This document shows, piece by piece, positions 30,251 through 40,834 of a stretch of DNA of 64,000 nucleotides. Location of the stretch: assembly GCA_008690995.1 (NCBI GenBank), contig VRMN01000018.1, positions 186,001 to 250,000 of the forward strand. Reading direction: 5' to 3'. The translations under genes and the position numbers were made by a program. Within the stretch, counting starts at the first letter, position 1. Each line of letters begins with the position of its first letter. The notes under the pieces are model-generated. The model saw only the letters and a program-made list of their open reading frames with translations. It had not been told where the DNA came from and made no database searches. This stretch comes from Porphyridium purpureum (lineage: Eukaryota).

Positions 30251-30982
30251 TCAAAAAGAAGACTCGCCTCTTGGGATAAATAAAATGATCGACATTATAC
30301 TGAGGAGGAGCATGATGATACACTGCTCGATCGGAATCCCGACCAGCTCACCACCCTCTGCCTTCTTTGCCTCCAGCTCCACCAACTCCTGTTCGTGCGC
30401 CAAGAGAGCGTCGACTTGTTTTTGTACTTTTGCCTTCTCAACTGCCAACCGCTGGAGCCTTTTCTCTATCGCATCAAACTCTTGCTGTGCCTGAGGATCC
30501 AGGTCCGCCCGCGCTGCGCCGGCAAACTCGACTTTTGTGGTGGCCGGCGCAGGCTCCGGTAGCTCTGGTTCTGCCTTTGCCGGCGCTTTCAGGGCGACGG
30601 CCACTTTCTTCGACATGATAAGCTCCGCCGGAATATCCTTCCACGCCTGCCTGATCTGCTCCTCGGTAGCGTCTGCGGGGAGCGAGTCGGGCGCCTTGAC
30701 GGCCTGCACCATAAACTTGTGCTTTCTGACATCGATAGCTTCCGGAGCAACACCCACGCCCACCCCCGTCATGCCGAGCACCAGCTCCAGACTCTGGCGC
30801 GCCTGCAACAACCCTGCGGTGGGGCGCGCCTCGTACTGATCTGGCGCGGTGGTCTTGACCTTGAACAGCACGCGCTCGCGCAGCTGCGACTCGAGCATCA
30901 TCCGCGACACCACCTCCTTGCCGCTCGCGTCCAGCTCGAACGTCACCACGTCCGCCGGCGACATCACCACGATGTCGTCCAT
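30251..30982 (-). CDS. VAP/Scs2-like MSP-domain tail-anchored ER protein
   Basis: LFKVKTTAPDQYEARP and KHKFMVQ (MSP signature), coiled coil, C-terminal TM helix. Confidence 0.9.
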   Translation of the reverse strand: MDDIVVMSPADVVTFELDASGKEVVSRMMLESQLRERVLFKVKTTAPDQYEARPTAGLLQARQSLELVLGMTGVGVGVAPEAIDVRKHKFMVQAVKAPDSLPADATEEQIRQAWKDIPAELIMSKKVAVALKAPAKAEPELPEPAPATTKVEFAGAARADLDPQAQQEFDAIEKRLQRLAVEKAKVQKQVDALLAHEQELVELEAKKAEGGELVGIPIEQCIIMLLLSIMSIILFIPRGESSF

Positions 30983-31022
30983 GGCTCCCCACCACCACAA
31001 CCACAACCACCCCTCACTACCC

Positions 31023-31025
<3 letters not shown>

Positions 31026-31057
<32 letters not shown>

Positions 31058-31059
31058 CT
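31026..31059. repeat. (CT)n microsatellite in a 5' leader
   Basis: Direct inspection. Confidence 0.9.
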
Positions 31060-31390
31060 CGCCTCCTTCTCAACCTCCGCCAGTTTTAATCCACCAGCAT
31101 GAAATAAATAAATTAAAATAATTTTATGTTTATCACCTTCGCTCACTTTTTTAACGGCGAGTGGAGGTTCAGTTGTTTGAGTTGTTTGGAAAATCATAAA
31201 GGAGGGTTGTTTGTATAGTGTACAGTGATCTTGAGAGGTGGGGAGGAGGGGGGAAAGAGAGAAAGGGGGAAAGGAAGACGTACGTGCAAGGCGTGGTGCG
31301 TGGCTGCTGGTGGTGGGGAGGGGTGGCCCGCCGAGTGTGTGGCGTGTGAGGTGGATGTTGATCGGGTGATTGGATGTGGACAGGAGGAGA

Positions 31391-33565
31391 ATGGCATCCG
31401 GCCGCCCGGTCGTGAGCAAGGGAAATTCGTTGTTGGAATTCGGGGGCGACGATTTCGTGGATGATCAGGTCATCACGTTCTCGCGCTCGAAGAAGAACGT
31501 GGTCGCAGACACTGCTCCTGCTTCCGTTGCCGCTGGTGCTGGTGACGGTGGCGGAGGTTATGCCGGTGGGAAAGAGAAGAAGGTGAAAAATAGCGCCGCG
31601 GCTCCGAGGCAGAGTCAGAGTCAGCAGGCAGGGTACTCGGTGGCGTTGGTGGATAGCAAGGGCAGGCCGCTGAAGATGACTTCCGTCGATAGTGGCGCCG
31701 CGCCACAGGGCGTGCCGCTGGAGGCGCTCGTAACTAAATCGAATGGTGGCGGCCCGCAGGCAACACACTGCGCCGGGTGCTCGTCGCCCTTTTCGTTCAG
31801 CAAGTCCAAGCACTTGTGTCGCTCGTGCAACAGCTATTTCTGCTCCAAGTGTTCACCCCACAAGAAGCTCATTCCCTCGCAAGGCGACGTGCCCGTGCGT
31901 GTGTGCGACGTATGTTTCCATGCAGACACCCGTCGCGACAGGATATGCACCGTGTCCTCTACGTCGTACTTCACCGACCCGCAGACGCTCCACCGCAAGG
32001 AGCGCCACGCTGCTGCCATGGAGGCGCTCAACCGCGTGTACAAGGCCAAGATCAAGCCCATTGAACAGGCGTTCAAGTTTTCGTCCTTTTATGCGTCTGA
32101 ACTGACTGACGGTGATTTCGACTCGCGACCCATGATCCTTCTTGTGGGCCAGTACTCGGTGGGCAAGACGTCATTTATCAAATACTTGTTGGAGCGCGAC
32201 TTTCCAGGGCAACGCATAGGGCCCGAACCGACCACCGATCGCTTTCTTGCTATCACCAATGGCCCCGTGGAGCGCGTCGTGCCTGGGAACGCTGCGGCTG
32301 TGGACCCGAATCGGCCCTTCTCTTCATTGACCAAGTTTGGCACCGCCTTTCTCAACCGCTTTGAAGTTTCTGAAATGCCGAGCCCCATCCTGGACAACGT
32401 GACCATGGTAGACACACCTGGCATTTTGTCTGGTGAGAAGCAGCGCGTCGAGCGCGGCTACGAGTTTGAGGATGTAGTTCAGTGGTTCGCGGAGCGCTCA
32501 GACCGCATTTTGATCCTGTTTGATGCGCACAAACTAGATATTTCTGATGAGCTGAAGCGCACGATCGAAGTGCTCAAGCCGCACGAGGACAAGATCCGCA
32601 TTGTACTCAACAAAGCGGACTTGGTGGGCCCTCAGCAACTCATGCGCATCTACGGGGCGCTCATGTGGTCGCTTGGTAAAGTGGTGCGTTCGCCTGAAGT
32701 CCTGCGCGTGTACATCGGCTCGTTCTGGGACGAGCCGCTCAACGAGAAGGGCGCTTTGAACTCGACCTTGTTTGAAGCTGAGAAGCAGGATCTGCTGTCT
32801 GATCTGCGCGCCCTGCCGCGCAATGCCGCCGTTCGGAAAGTGAACGAGCTTATCAAGCGCGCGCGGCTGGCTAAAGTGCATGCGCTGCTTATCAACCATT
32901 TGCGCGCCAAGATGCCCATGCTGTGGGGCAGCAAGGAAAAGCAAAAGAAGCTGGCGGGCCGGCTGGAGGAAGAGTACCTGAAGGTGCAGAGGGAACACAA
33001 CCTCGCGCTTGGCGACTTCCCGAATCCGGAAAAATTTCGCGCCGGGCTGAGCGTACACAACCTGAGCGACTTTCCCAAGCTCAGCAACCGTCAAATGGAC
33101 GTCATGGAGGGTGGGCTGAGCAAGGATATTCCCAAGATCATGATGGAATTACAAGAAAGCTCGGACGCGATAGACGACTTTGAGACGGACATGATTGGTT
33201 CGGTGCGACTTGAAGACAAGTCCAACCCATTTGCCGCCACGCTCGACTACGCGAGCCGCGAGGCATGGGTTGTGGATAGCAACAGCAAAGCCAAGTGGGA
33301 CAACTTGTTTTACAGCTTGAGCCCGACCGGGAACCCCAAAGTGCTCTCGGGTACCCAGGCACGCGGCGTCATGCTCAACTCGGGCCTGGCGAGTGATACG
33401 CTGAGGAAGATTTGGGATCTGTCGGACATTGATCAGGACGGCGTGCTGGACGCGGACGAATTTGCGCTCGCCATGCATCTGATATCGATGGCACGCAACA
33501 TGGGCGGGGCGTCAGTGCCGGACGAATTGCCTTTGTCTCACATACCGCCTTCCAAAAGATCGTGA
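31391..33565 (+). CDS. EHD/RME-1 family dynamin-like ATPase with N-terminal FYVE-type zinc finger and C-terminal EH domain
   Basis: 8-Cys FYVE pattern; GQYSVGKT, IGPEPTTD, DTPGILSGEKQ, NKAD; EH domain LRKIWDLSDIDQDGVLDADEFALAMHL. Confidence 0.95.
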   Translation: MASGRPVVSKGNSLLEFGGDDFVDDQVITFSRSKKNVVADTAPASVAAGAGDGGGGYAGGKEKKVKNSAAAPRQSQSQQAGYSVALVDSKGRPLKMTSVDSGAAPQGVPLEALVTKSNGGGPQATHCAGCSSPFSFSKSKHLCRSCNSYFCSKCSPHKKLIPSQGDVPVRVCDVCFHADTRRDRICTVSSTSYFTDPQTLHRKERHAAAMEALNRVYKAKIKPIEQAFKFSSFYASELTDGDFDSRPMILLVGQYSVGKTSFIKYLLERDFPGQRIGPEPTTDRFLAITNGPVERVVPGNAAAVDPNRPFSSLTKFGTAFLNRFEVSEMPSPILDNVTMVDTPGILSGEKQRVERGYEFEDVVQWFAERSDRILILFDAHKLDISDELKRTIEVLKPHEDKIRIVLNKADLVGPQQLMRIYGALMWSLGKVVRSPEVLRVYIGSFWDEPLNEKGALNSTLFEAEKQDLLSDLRALPRNAAVRKVNELIKRARLAKVHALLINHLRAKMPMLWGSKEKQKKLAGRLEEEYLKVQREHNLALGDFPNPEKFRAGLSVHNLSDFPKLSNRQMDVMEGGLSKDIPKIMMELQESSDAIDDFETDMIGSVRLEDKSNPFAATLDYASREAWVVDSNSKAKWDNLFYSLSPTGNPKVLSGTQARGVMLNSGLASDTLRKIWDLSDIDQDGVLDADEFALAMHLISMARNMGGASVPDELPLSHIPPSKRS

Positions 33566-33636
33566 GATTCTATTGATGGGGATAAGGAAAGAGAGAAAAG
33601 AGCATCCAAACAGAAGCGCGGGTTTTGTTTTCAAAA

Positions 33637-36600
33637 TCACAAGTCGATCGTTATTACGTCTGCCTGCGGGATTTTTGCTTGTTCGACGTCTTGGCTCCCA
33701 TTCTCTTCCGCCGCGGCACGACAAAGAGACTCCTCGACATTCCTACTGAAAGTCGCGCGTAGCGTCGCGTTCACAAAGGAAGAGAGTGATTTTGCTAGCC
33801 CTCGTGCGCGTGACAAACCCACGTGCATGAGAATTCGAGCACATGCCTCGCACAGCTCGCGAAATGCGGCTTGAAAAGCCGCGTCCTCTATTGTAGCGCT
33901 AGAAGCTGAGCCAGAGCCAGCTACCATGGAGCCAATCAGTTCACGGATGGCCTTCAACTTGGCCTCCAACGCAGTGTACCGCTCGTCGCCGAGCGCGCTC
34001 TTGGCGTCTCGCACCACTGCTTGCGCTCGCATGAGGTTTAGCTTGGTGATGAAAACGCTCTGCAGGGCCGGTGGGAGCGTGTCCGGCAGAACCGCCAGGG
34101 CGCGTGCGTCCGCGCCGAATGCATCCACAAGTATCTGCACTACCGTGCGAATGGCAATCTGGGCTTCCGATGGAACCTGAGTCGAATCAGCGCTCGGCAC
34201 CAAACCTTTCGCGCGTCGAAGTGCAGCCGCGACTTCCGCGTAACGATCGCCCAGCTTAAATTTCAGATGCGTGTGTACGTTGTCCTGTGTAAGCGTGGCG
34301 CTCGCTTTCGGAAGTACTTGGGCCTCGGGGCGAACGGTTGTTTCTGCTATCTGCGCTGGCCTTGCAGGTCGCTCGTCCTCCCAAATCGACGACGACGTGG
34401 CTTGATTATTTCGTCTGGGAAGCAACTTGGCAACTTTTTCTCGATGCGCAGTTTCTTCGTCCGATCTATACGGAGTTCGAAATTCGCGTTTCACGCCTGT
34501 GCGGCCCGCGCTGAGCGATGACGAGGTTTTGGCGTCCTCTTTCACCCTAACTCCATTTGATTGCTGGTCGCATGGCAAGCTTGCGCTAGACTGCACATAG
34601 TAAGGCCCCTGTGCAATGAGCCGGAAAAAGGTCGAAAGACCTCTTTGGGCTAACCCAAAAGCCGAGTACACACTGACGTACGGCCGGATCCACACGGATA
34701 GCCGCTCTTTCACGCCAGATTCAGCAAAGCGTTCGTCGCAAAGCAGCAGCGCACCATAGTCATTTCGGTGACGAATGACACGACCCAGAGCCTGGTTAAT
34801 GGCTTTCGTTGCCTGCAGAGAATACCAGGTGTTGCCATTTATCTGCGAGTTGCCCATGGCCACCATGCGGTCCATATACTCGCGCTTGAGTCGCACCTTG
34901 GCATCCATCAGCTGCGGGTAAGGAATGCCAGTCACCAAGACGCCTCGGCCGTCCGCGTCTGCAAAATCAATTCCTTCAGAAACCTTCCCGCGACACACAG
35001 CCATGAAGCAGCCAGCGCCGCGATACTTGACGTTTGCCTTGTGCTCACGCATCGCCATCACAAATTCCTCCGGGTTCTTCGGCTCCACGACCAGTGGCTT
35101 CTTTTTGTCCAATTGCTGCCAGATCGTGTCCAAATCGCGCTGTCCGGCACTTTGCGGGCGCCCGTTGCCGCAAAAGGTCTTCCAATACTCGATGTTGTTA
35201 TTCATGACAGCGTAGGAAGGAAAGAAGACTAGGATCCCGTCCGGTACTGAGCTGGCAAAGTTGACAAGCGTGCGCCCCAGGTCAAGCCGGTAGTTGTCGG
35301 AATCACGGTTTTTGAAGGAGCTGTTCAGGGTCACACCTGACGGACCTTTCATCAACACGCCACCCCACACCTGCTCTTTAGTGACCACGTGCGGGTTTTC
35401 CAGTCGCACGTTGAACGGAATCCGCAGCTCCGCTGCCATGCCTTCCAGAGGGCTCAGCGTACCGCTGGTCAAGAGAATGCTACGCACGCCAAGGTTCTGA
35501 AGATCCTGCATGGCCAAGTGCGCGGTCAGGCACCAAAAGCCAAGCACCCGCTTTGCGGTAGCGTCTTCTTGTTTTTGCTGTGGCTGCTGTTGCTCATTAA
35601 GACCCTGCTTCTTGCGAAATCGATCGTTGGACTTGAATTTTGGCTGCTCATCGCGGATGCAAACACGGTAGTCGATACTCATTTGCTGCGGAGTCATAGA
35701 GGCCCGGAATACGGTTGACAGTGCAAATTTCAGGTAATCAAGCGAAACAGTTGACTCGAATGACTCGGGTCCACCATTGCCGCGGTCCCTTTTATCTCCG
35801 CCACCGCCACCTTTGCCGTTCAATTTTTCAATGACGGCATCGAGCTTGCTTACCACCGAGCTGGCCGTATCCTGAGTGATGCCAATCCCGCGGAAAAGCT
35901 CTAATATGTAGCTGCCGTCTTTGACGACTTCCTTTCCTTCCGGAACAAAAAGCCGCTTCAGCTGCTCTTGCAGTGAGCGTACCAGCGTAATTAGAAGCGT
36001 ACAATCTTCGCCACATATCGATGCGCTTCCAGGTGCGCCCGGCCGTCCGGCAGCTTTTGAACCCGTTGCGGCATCCGCCGAGGTCGTAAACTTGGATGTT
36101 CTGCTCCTCGCACGTATGAGCTCCCGCACTGCCCCCTCGAGAATGGCCGGTGCAAGGTCGAAGGACACGGCCTCCTCGCAGACTGAATCCACGTTGTGCG
36201 CTTCGTCCAAGATGATGACGTCGTTTGCAAAGTCAGACTTGAGCGCATCACGTACGCTTGGGTCAATCAAATAATTGTACGGAAGGAGGATAATCTCGGC
36301 CTCCTTTTCAATCTTTCTGCTCAAGTAGTAAGGGCAGGCGCGATGCGAACGACCAATATCTACGAGCTCTTCAATGTCGGCCATACCAACAATCGCCTCT
36401 TCGGTGGCATTCTTGCCGGCTTCACCATCCACTGCATTTCGATAGCTGCACTTTCGCTGGCTGACTATTTTGCGGCACTCGTGCCTCATCATGGGCCCCT
36501 TGAGTTTGGAGACTGTCTCGTGGATGCATGTCTGCTCACGGGAGCCCAGCACAGACAAGCGCGGACGGTACGACGTGTTGCGCAACTCTGAAACCACTTT

Positions 36601-37104
36601 CTGAAGTTGCGAGTGTGTCCGGGATGAGTAGATTATTCGCGGAATCGGGTTCTTCGTCTCTTTTGGGTGCTGGCTTTGCGTCATGGTCCCGTGAACACCA
36701 TCTTTGTTGGCGGCACGTTCCGACACCAGCGACGCAAGTTGGCTCGAAACGGCCATATTAGATATTATTTCATCCTCCTTCTTTTGACTCGCCTGTGCCT
36801 GTGCTGCCTCTGCCAGCTCGTCCATGCTGACGCCACACTTGCGTGCATGTTCCTGAGTAATTTCGCTGGCCGCGCCGTGGGAGCAGAACGCAGCAAAGGC
36901 AGCCACGTAGGCCTCGCGCCAAGCTAAGCTCGCGCATAGAAGGCAAAGCGTTTTCCCCGTGCCCGTCGGCGACTCTAGCAGTGCGTTTTGCCGATTGCAT
37001 AGCGCTTCGAGCACACTCTCCATGTACTTCTTCTGACATTCGTACGGCTCGAAGGGGAACTCGATTTTCAGCCCGGACGCGGTCACAAAGCTGTACAGGG
37101 GCAT
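33637..37104 (-). CDS. RTEL1: Regulator of telomere elongation helicase 1 (XPD-family Fe-S helicase)
   Basis: FPFEPYECQ, LESPTGTGKT, SRTHSQL, four Fe-S cysteines (CIH, ECR, KCSY, CPYY), DEAH, RGKVSEGIDF, QALGRVIRH; two helical C-terminal repeats resembling RTEL1 harmonin-like domains. Confidence 0.88.
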   Translation of the reverse strand: MPLYSFVTASGLKIEFPFEPYECQKKYMESVLEALCNRQNALLESPTGTGKTLCLLCASLAWREAYVAAFAAFCSHGAASEITQEHARKCGVSMDELAEAAQAQASQKKEDEIISNMAVSSQLASLVSERAANKDGVHGTMTQSQHPKETKNPIPRIIYSSRTHSQLQKVVSELRNTSYRPRLSVLGSREQTCIHETVSKLKGPMMRHECRKIVSQRKCSYRNAVDGEAGKNATEEAIVGMADIEELVDIGRSHRACPYYLSRKIEKEAEIILLPYNYLIDPSVRDALKSDFANDVIILDEAHNVDSVCEEAVSFDLAPAILEGAVRELIRARSRTSKFTTSADAATGSKAAGRPGAPGSASICGEDCTLLITLVRSLQEQLKRLFVPEGKEVVKDGSYILELFRGIGITQDTASSVVSKLDAVIEKLNGKGGGGGDKRDRGNGGPESFESTVSLDYLKFALSTVFRASMTPQQMSIDYRVCIRDEQPKFKSNDRFRKKQGLNEQQQPQQKQEDATAKRVLGFWCLTAHLAMQDLQNLGVRSILLTSGTLSPLEGMAAELRIPFNVRLENPHVVTKEQVWGGVLMKGPSGVTLNSSFKNRDSDNYRLDLGRTLVNFASSVPDGILVFFPSYAVMNNNIEYWKTFCGNGRPQSAGQRDLDTIWQQLDKKKPLVVEPKNPEEFVMAMREHKANVKYRGAGCFMAVCRGKVSEGIDFADADGRGVLVTGIPYPQLMDAKVRLKREYMDRMVAMGNSQINGNTWYSLQATKAINQALGRVIRHRNDYGALLLCDERFAESGVKERLSVWIRPYVSVYSAFGLAQRGLSTFFRLIAQGPYYVQSSASLPCDQQSNGVRVKEDAKTSSSLSAGRTGVKREFRTPYRSDEETAHREKVAKLLPRRNNQATSSSIWEDERPARPAQIAETTVRPEAQVLPKASATLTQDNVHTHLKFKLGDRYAEVAAALRRAKGLVPSADSTQVPSEAQIAIRTVVQILVDAFGADARALAVLPDTLPPALQSVFITKLNLMRAQAVVRDAKSALGDERYTALEAKLKAIRELIGSMVAGSGSASSATIEDAAFQAAFRELCEACARILMHVGLSRARGLAKSLSSFVNATLRATFSRNVEESLCRAAAEENGSQDVEQAKIPQADVITIDL

Positions 37105-37502
37105 TTTCGATGAGTGCTAAGCTCTGTGCACGAGGCTAGAGCGTCGCAACAAAGCTCGCTCTTCTCAAAAGTGCTCTGAGCTGCTGCAAGCACGTTGCAC
37201 GGCTTCGGGCAAGCACTCTGACGGGCATCACCATGCAACCGTGCTTCTTAACCCGTGCACACACGCACATGCACCACCGCAGCGCTCTCCACCGCGACGC
37301 TGTGAGTCGCGCGGACCCCCCAGGCACTTTTTTCCCCGCCTCTTCGGGATCGACTCCCGTGTGCAGGTCTCTGACGCCGCCGACCCCCGACGTGCCCACT
37401 TTTACTGCCGGCTTTTCTTTTTCTGGCGCCAAAAAAAAAGAGACCGGAATGCATTACAAAGTAATTTCTATTTCTAGTGTGGTTGCAAGCGGTCGAACGT
37501 GG

Positions 37503-38612
37503 TCAGGTGGAGGGCGTGCTTGCGTTTGAAACAAGCGCCAGGTCCAATTGAATGGCAATGGCGGTTGGCTTGTACTTGGTAAAGTCGCGCTGAAAGGTGT
37601 CGTCCATGTAGAACTCTTCCGACTCTGTGGCGATGCCGCAGCGTTGCAGATAAACGCGCAGCATCTCGCCGAGGAAGATGGGCGCGAGGTCGTTGAAGGA
37701 CTCGCCGGCAAGGACCTGGGCAGCAGGCATCAGAGCGATTGAATCGGCAAAGACCGATACACTGGTGCGCCCTTCGTCAACCCACTCTTCCTGCTGCGTG
37801 ATCGGGAACTCGATCTTGTACGTGGAACAGAGGCCCGTCGCCTGGAACGCCGCGAGAATATGATCAATGCCGGCGGTCCACTGGTCGATGCGCGGTCCCA
37901 GAGGAACATTGGCGAGGCTGAATCTGGGTGCATGGTCGAGGATATACTGAGAGATCTCGAGCATTAGTTGGCGGCGCTGGTTTCTGTATGTCGCACGCTC
38001 GCAAATGAGATGCATTCGCACGTATAAAAGCCACGACAATGTGCGTGAGTCCCTAATGTCTGACTCATCTGGTACCAAGCTTTGGATACTCTTGCGGGTC
38101 AAACTGGAGCGCTCTTCATATTCTGGCGACTCGAGGAAGAAGCTCTGAGCACGAGGCCGCAGACGTTCCTCGCTCGCCTTCAACTCATCGGCCGAAATGA
38201 TTTTCATGCGCTGTGCGACAACCAAAGGGGCATTCAACAGCACCTGTGCGGTGGTTGGGTCCACCGGCATGGGCTCATAAAAGCGCTGCCCAGACACGAG
38301 GCCGAGCTTTTCGTCCAAGTAGTCGAGCGCGAGATCCAATTCACGCTGGAAGAAGAGCTTGGTGCCTGCCCACACACTCAACGATCCAAGCACGACGCCA
38401 AACACGCGCCGAGAGACATTGAACGCGACCAACTGCTCCTCCTCAACGTCGTCGTCGTTCTTTCGGTCCAACAGGAACCAGGCGCTCCTTCCAACACTCG
38501 ACGACCGCTTCGCCCTCGGGTTCGGCGCACAGTGACATTTCGCACTTCCGGCAAAGCAGCCGGCGGCTGTCTGCGCCCCAGCCCACCGCGCGGGCACTAC
38601 AAAGGCCTCCAT
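37503..38612 (-). CDS. Hypothetical plastid (possibly thylakoid) protein
   Basis: 369-aa ORF; MEAFV transit-peptide-like start, SRR followed by a hydrophobic segment; no family recognised. Confidence 0.7.
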   Translation of the reverse strand: MEAFVVPARWAGAQTAAGCFAGSAKCHCAPNPRAKRSSSVGRSAWFLLDRKNDDDVEEEQLVAFNVSRRVFGVVLGSLSVWAGTKLFFQRELDLALDYLDEKLGLVSGQRFYEPMPVDPTTAQVLLNAPLVVAQRMKIISADELKASEERLRPRAQSFFLESPEYEERSSLTRKSIQSLVPDESDIRDSRTLSWLLYVRMHLICERATYRNQRRQLMLEISQYILDHAPRFSLANVPLGPRIDQWTAGIDHILAAFQATGLCSTYKIEFPITQQEEWVDEGRTSVSVFADSIALMPAAQVLAGESFNDLAPIFLGEMLRVYLQRCGIATESEEFYMDDTFQRDFTKYKPTAIAIQLDLALVSNASTPST

Positions 38613-38741
38613 GGCGCCGAAAACACAATCGAAGCCACTGCCACGACTTCCGTCATGTCACGGTGAAACGAGGTGGCGCTCAGAACGTGGTGACGATCAG
38701 GGGAGGGACGGAGCAGCGGTAGTAAGAGCGACGAGGGCGCG

Positions 38742-39224
38742 ATGCCAGGGGAGGAAAAATCAGCAACGCCCAAGGCGGCGGGCGGCGTCCAGAAAAAGGT
38801 GATCAAGCTGTCGGATTATGGGCAAACTCGTGGAGGGCGAGGAGGGCGCGGCGGGCGTGGTGGGTCGAAACGTGACTCATGGAAGAGTGGTACAGGATCC
38901 GGAGGCAAAGGACGCGAGGCGCCTTCGTCCAAGTACGACGAGGAAATGAAGTTGTTCGACCTGGACATGGACCTGCGTGTGTACAACGCGGAGAAACAGG
39001 GCAAGAGCGTCGAGGCGGTGAAGGAAGAGGTCGCCAAGCTGAAAGCCGAGAAGCGCGCCGAAATTAGAAAGAAGCAGGAAGAGGATAAGATGACCAAGTT
39101 GGACGAAGAGCTCAAGGCGTATTTCAGCAAGAAGTCGGAAACGAAGGAGGCGGCTCCCGAAGCGGATGGCACAGAGGCGGAGGGAAAAGTACCAGCGGAG
39201 GAGGCAAAGAAATCGGAAGAATAA
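38742..39224 (+). CDS. Small RGG protein with CHTOP/FoP-like C-terminal motifs
   Basis: RGGRGGRGGRGG, then two LD-x-x-L-x-x-Y motifs (LDMDLRVY, LDEELKAYF). Confidence 0.6.
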   Translation: MPGEEKSATPKAAGGVQKKVIKLSDYGQTRGGRGGRGGRGGSKRDSWKSGTGSGGKGREAPSSKYDEEMKLFDLDMDLRVYNAEKQGKSVEAVKEEVAKLKAEKRAEIRKKQEEDKMTKLDEELKAYFSKKSETKEAAPEADGTEAEGKVPAEEAKKSEE

Positions 39225-39244
39225 ATGATGGCTTACTTGACGGC

Positions 39245-40693
39245 TTACTTGACGGCTGCTTCTCGCTCGGCGCGCGTAAAGCCCGTAAAGAACGTGAGCG
39301 GTGCGAAGTCTTCCCGCGTGGACGTCGCAGGAGGGAACTGAAAAGTGTAGCGGATCGACTTGTCCCTGCTCATGTCCGAAAGGCTGTCAAACGAAAGCCC
39401 CTGGCTCTCCTCCTCATCGGCGAGGAGCGGTGATTCTTCGTTCGCTGTCGATGACGACGCGGAGGACCGAGCATTGTACATCACTTCCGCAATCACTCCT
39501 CGAATTGAAGGCCGTGTCGTCCGGCCGATCGAGAACACCGCGCCGGACGTATCCGCGGCGCGCGTGACGAATCCTTCCCATGGAAACTCATCGATCCAGC
39601 AGCGAAATGGATTCGCCAGCGCATCAGCGACCAAAAGCCATCCAACGAACAGCAGGTACTCGAGCGCGTACGCGACCAAGACCCAGTAGAGATCAGGATC
39701 TGGCCACATGCTGAGAGCACTGCTCTGCTTGATTTTGTCCAGACCTAGAGACTCTCTGTTCTCCACCACGCTGGATGAAAAGCCAGCCAAGATGACCAGA
39801 ATTGTGCAGTACGATCGCACGGTGGCCTGGACCAATTGTCGATACATGAGCGGGACGGGCGTGTTTTTGATTGCCACCTGGTGCGCGATGGCGCTGCGCA
39901 TGCGCGACGGGTTCTCATTCAGCGACTGGACGTCCATAGCTGTGACACCAAAGCGCGGGTCAAGGGACAGCTCCTTGACAAGAGACGAGTACCACGTTAG
40001 CGGCAACGCATACTTTGCATTCGCCAGCGCCGGGGGCGCAGCTTCTAAAATATGCTTCTCTGCATGCGTGAGCAAGCCGCGGTCGACCAATTGGTTCAAG
40101 TTTGCCAAGAAAGAAGCGCGTTTTTCGTACAGCAAGCCGCAACCCAGCGCATGTGCCAGATTAATCCACCGTATGAGCGTAAACTGTACGGCGGCGACAT
40201 CGTTTTCACTGAGCGCGGCGGGTGGTTTGGTGTCTGGCTTGATCTCGTCCAATGAAGTTTGACTGAACTCGTGTGTACCGCGGACGTCTTCGGACGCCCA
40301 GAAGGACTCTCGAACCGCATGCGCTGCTGAAATCAACGAGGATACTTGCAACGAGGTGTTGAGCACGACCCCTATCACTTTCCCCTCGGTCTGCCGCACA
40401 TCTTGCCAACGACTGAACATGGTACTGGTGTAGAAGCCGAGCATGAGCCCTATTGCAGCCTGGAAGCGAGTATATAGGTGCTGGGTGACATCCATCAACG
40501 GCAGCGACGCTGCGTTCAACACAAAGTCCGGGAACAATGCCCACGTCAATGTAATCGACAGCGCGCCCAGCAGAATCAGCATGAGCCACTCCAGCCACAG
40601 CACCTGCCAAATACTGCCGCGCCACTGGCGCACCATTCGCCACCAGCGCAGTTTCCATGGCGGACCGTACGGATCCGTATATGTCACTGCCAT
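39245..40693 (-). CDS. Bestrophin-family anion channel
   Basis: MAVTYT, WRGSIW, LGFY...RW, PVPLMYRQLV, FVGWL.VA..LANPF motifs. Confidence 0.9.
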   Translation of the reverse strand: MAVTYTDPYGPPWKLRWWRMVRQWRGSIWQVLWLEWLMLILLGALSITLTWALFPDFVLNAASLPLMDVTQHLYTRFQAAIGLMLGFYTSTMFSRWQDVRQTEGKVIGVVLNTSLQVSSLISAAHAVRESFWASEDVRGTHEFSQTSLDEIKPDTKPPAALSENDVAAVQFTLIRWINLAHALGCGLLYEKRASFLANLNQLVDRGLLTHAEKHILEAAPPALANAKYALPLTWYSSLVKELSLDPRFGVTAMDVQSLNENPSRMRSAIAHQVAIKNTPVPLMYRQLVQATVRSYCTILVILAGFSSSVVENRESLGLDKIKQSSALSMWPDPDLYWVLVAYALEYLLFVGWLLVADALANPFRCWIDEFPWEGFVTRAADTSGAVFSIGRTTRPSIRGVIAEVMYNARSSASSSTANEESPLLADEEESQGLSFDSLSDMSRDKSIRYTFQFPPATSTREDFAPLTFFTGFTRAEREAAVK

Positions 40694-40834
40694 CGCCACT
40701 GCTCCCAGAGGTCCCCACTTGTTTTTTCTCCTCCACAACACCTCAACCTCGCACCTACCTCACCGGCAACCACAAAAAACAACCACCTCCGATTACTCGC
40801 GACTGTACTCACCGGTACCGAATCTCGAGCTTTC

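Noticed and set aside
37345..37359. CGGGATCGACTCCCG hairpin resembling a tRNA T-arm
   Set aside because: No D-arm, anticodon arm or acceptor stem can be built around it.
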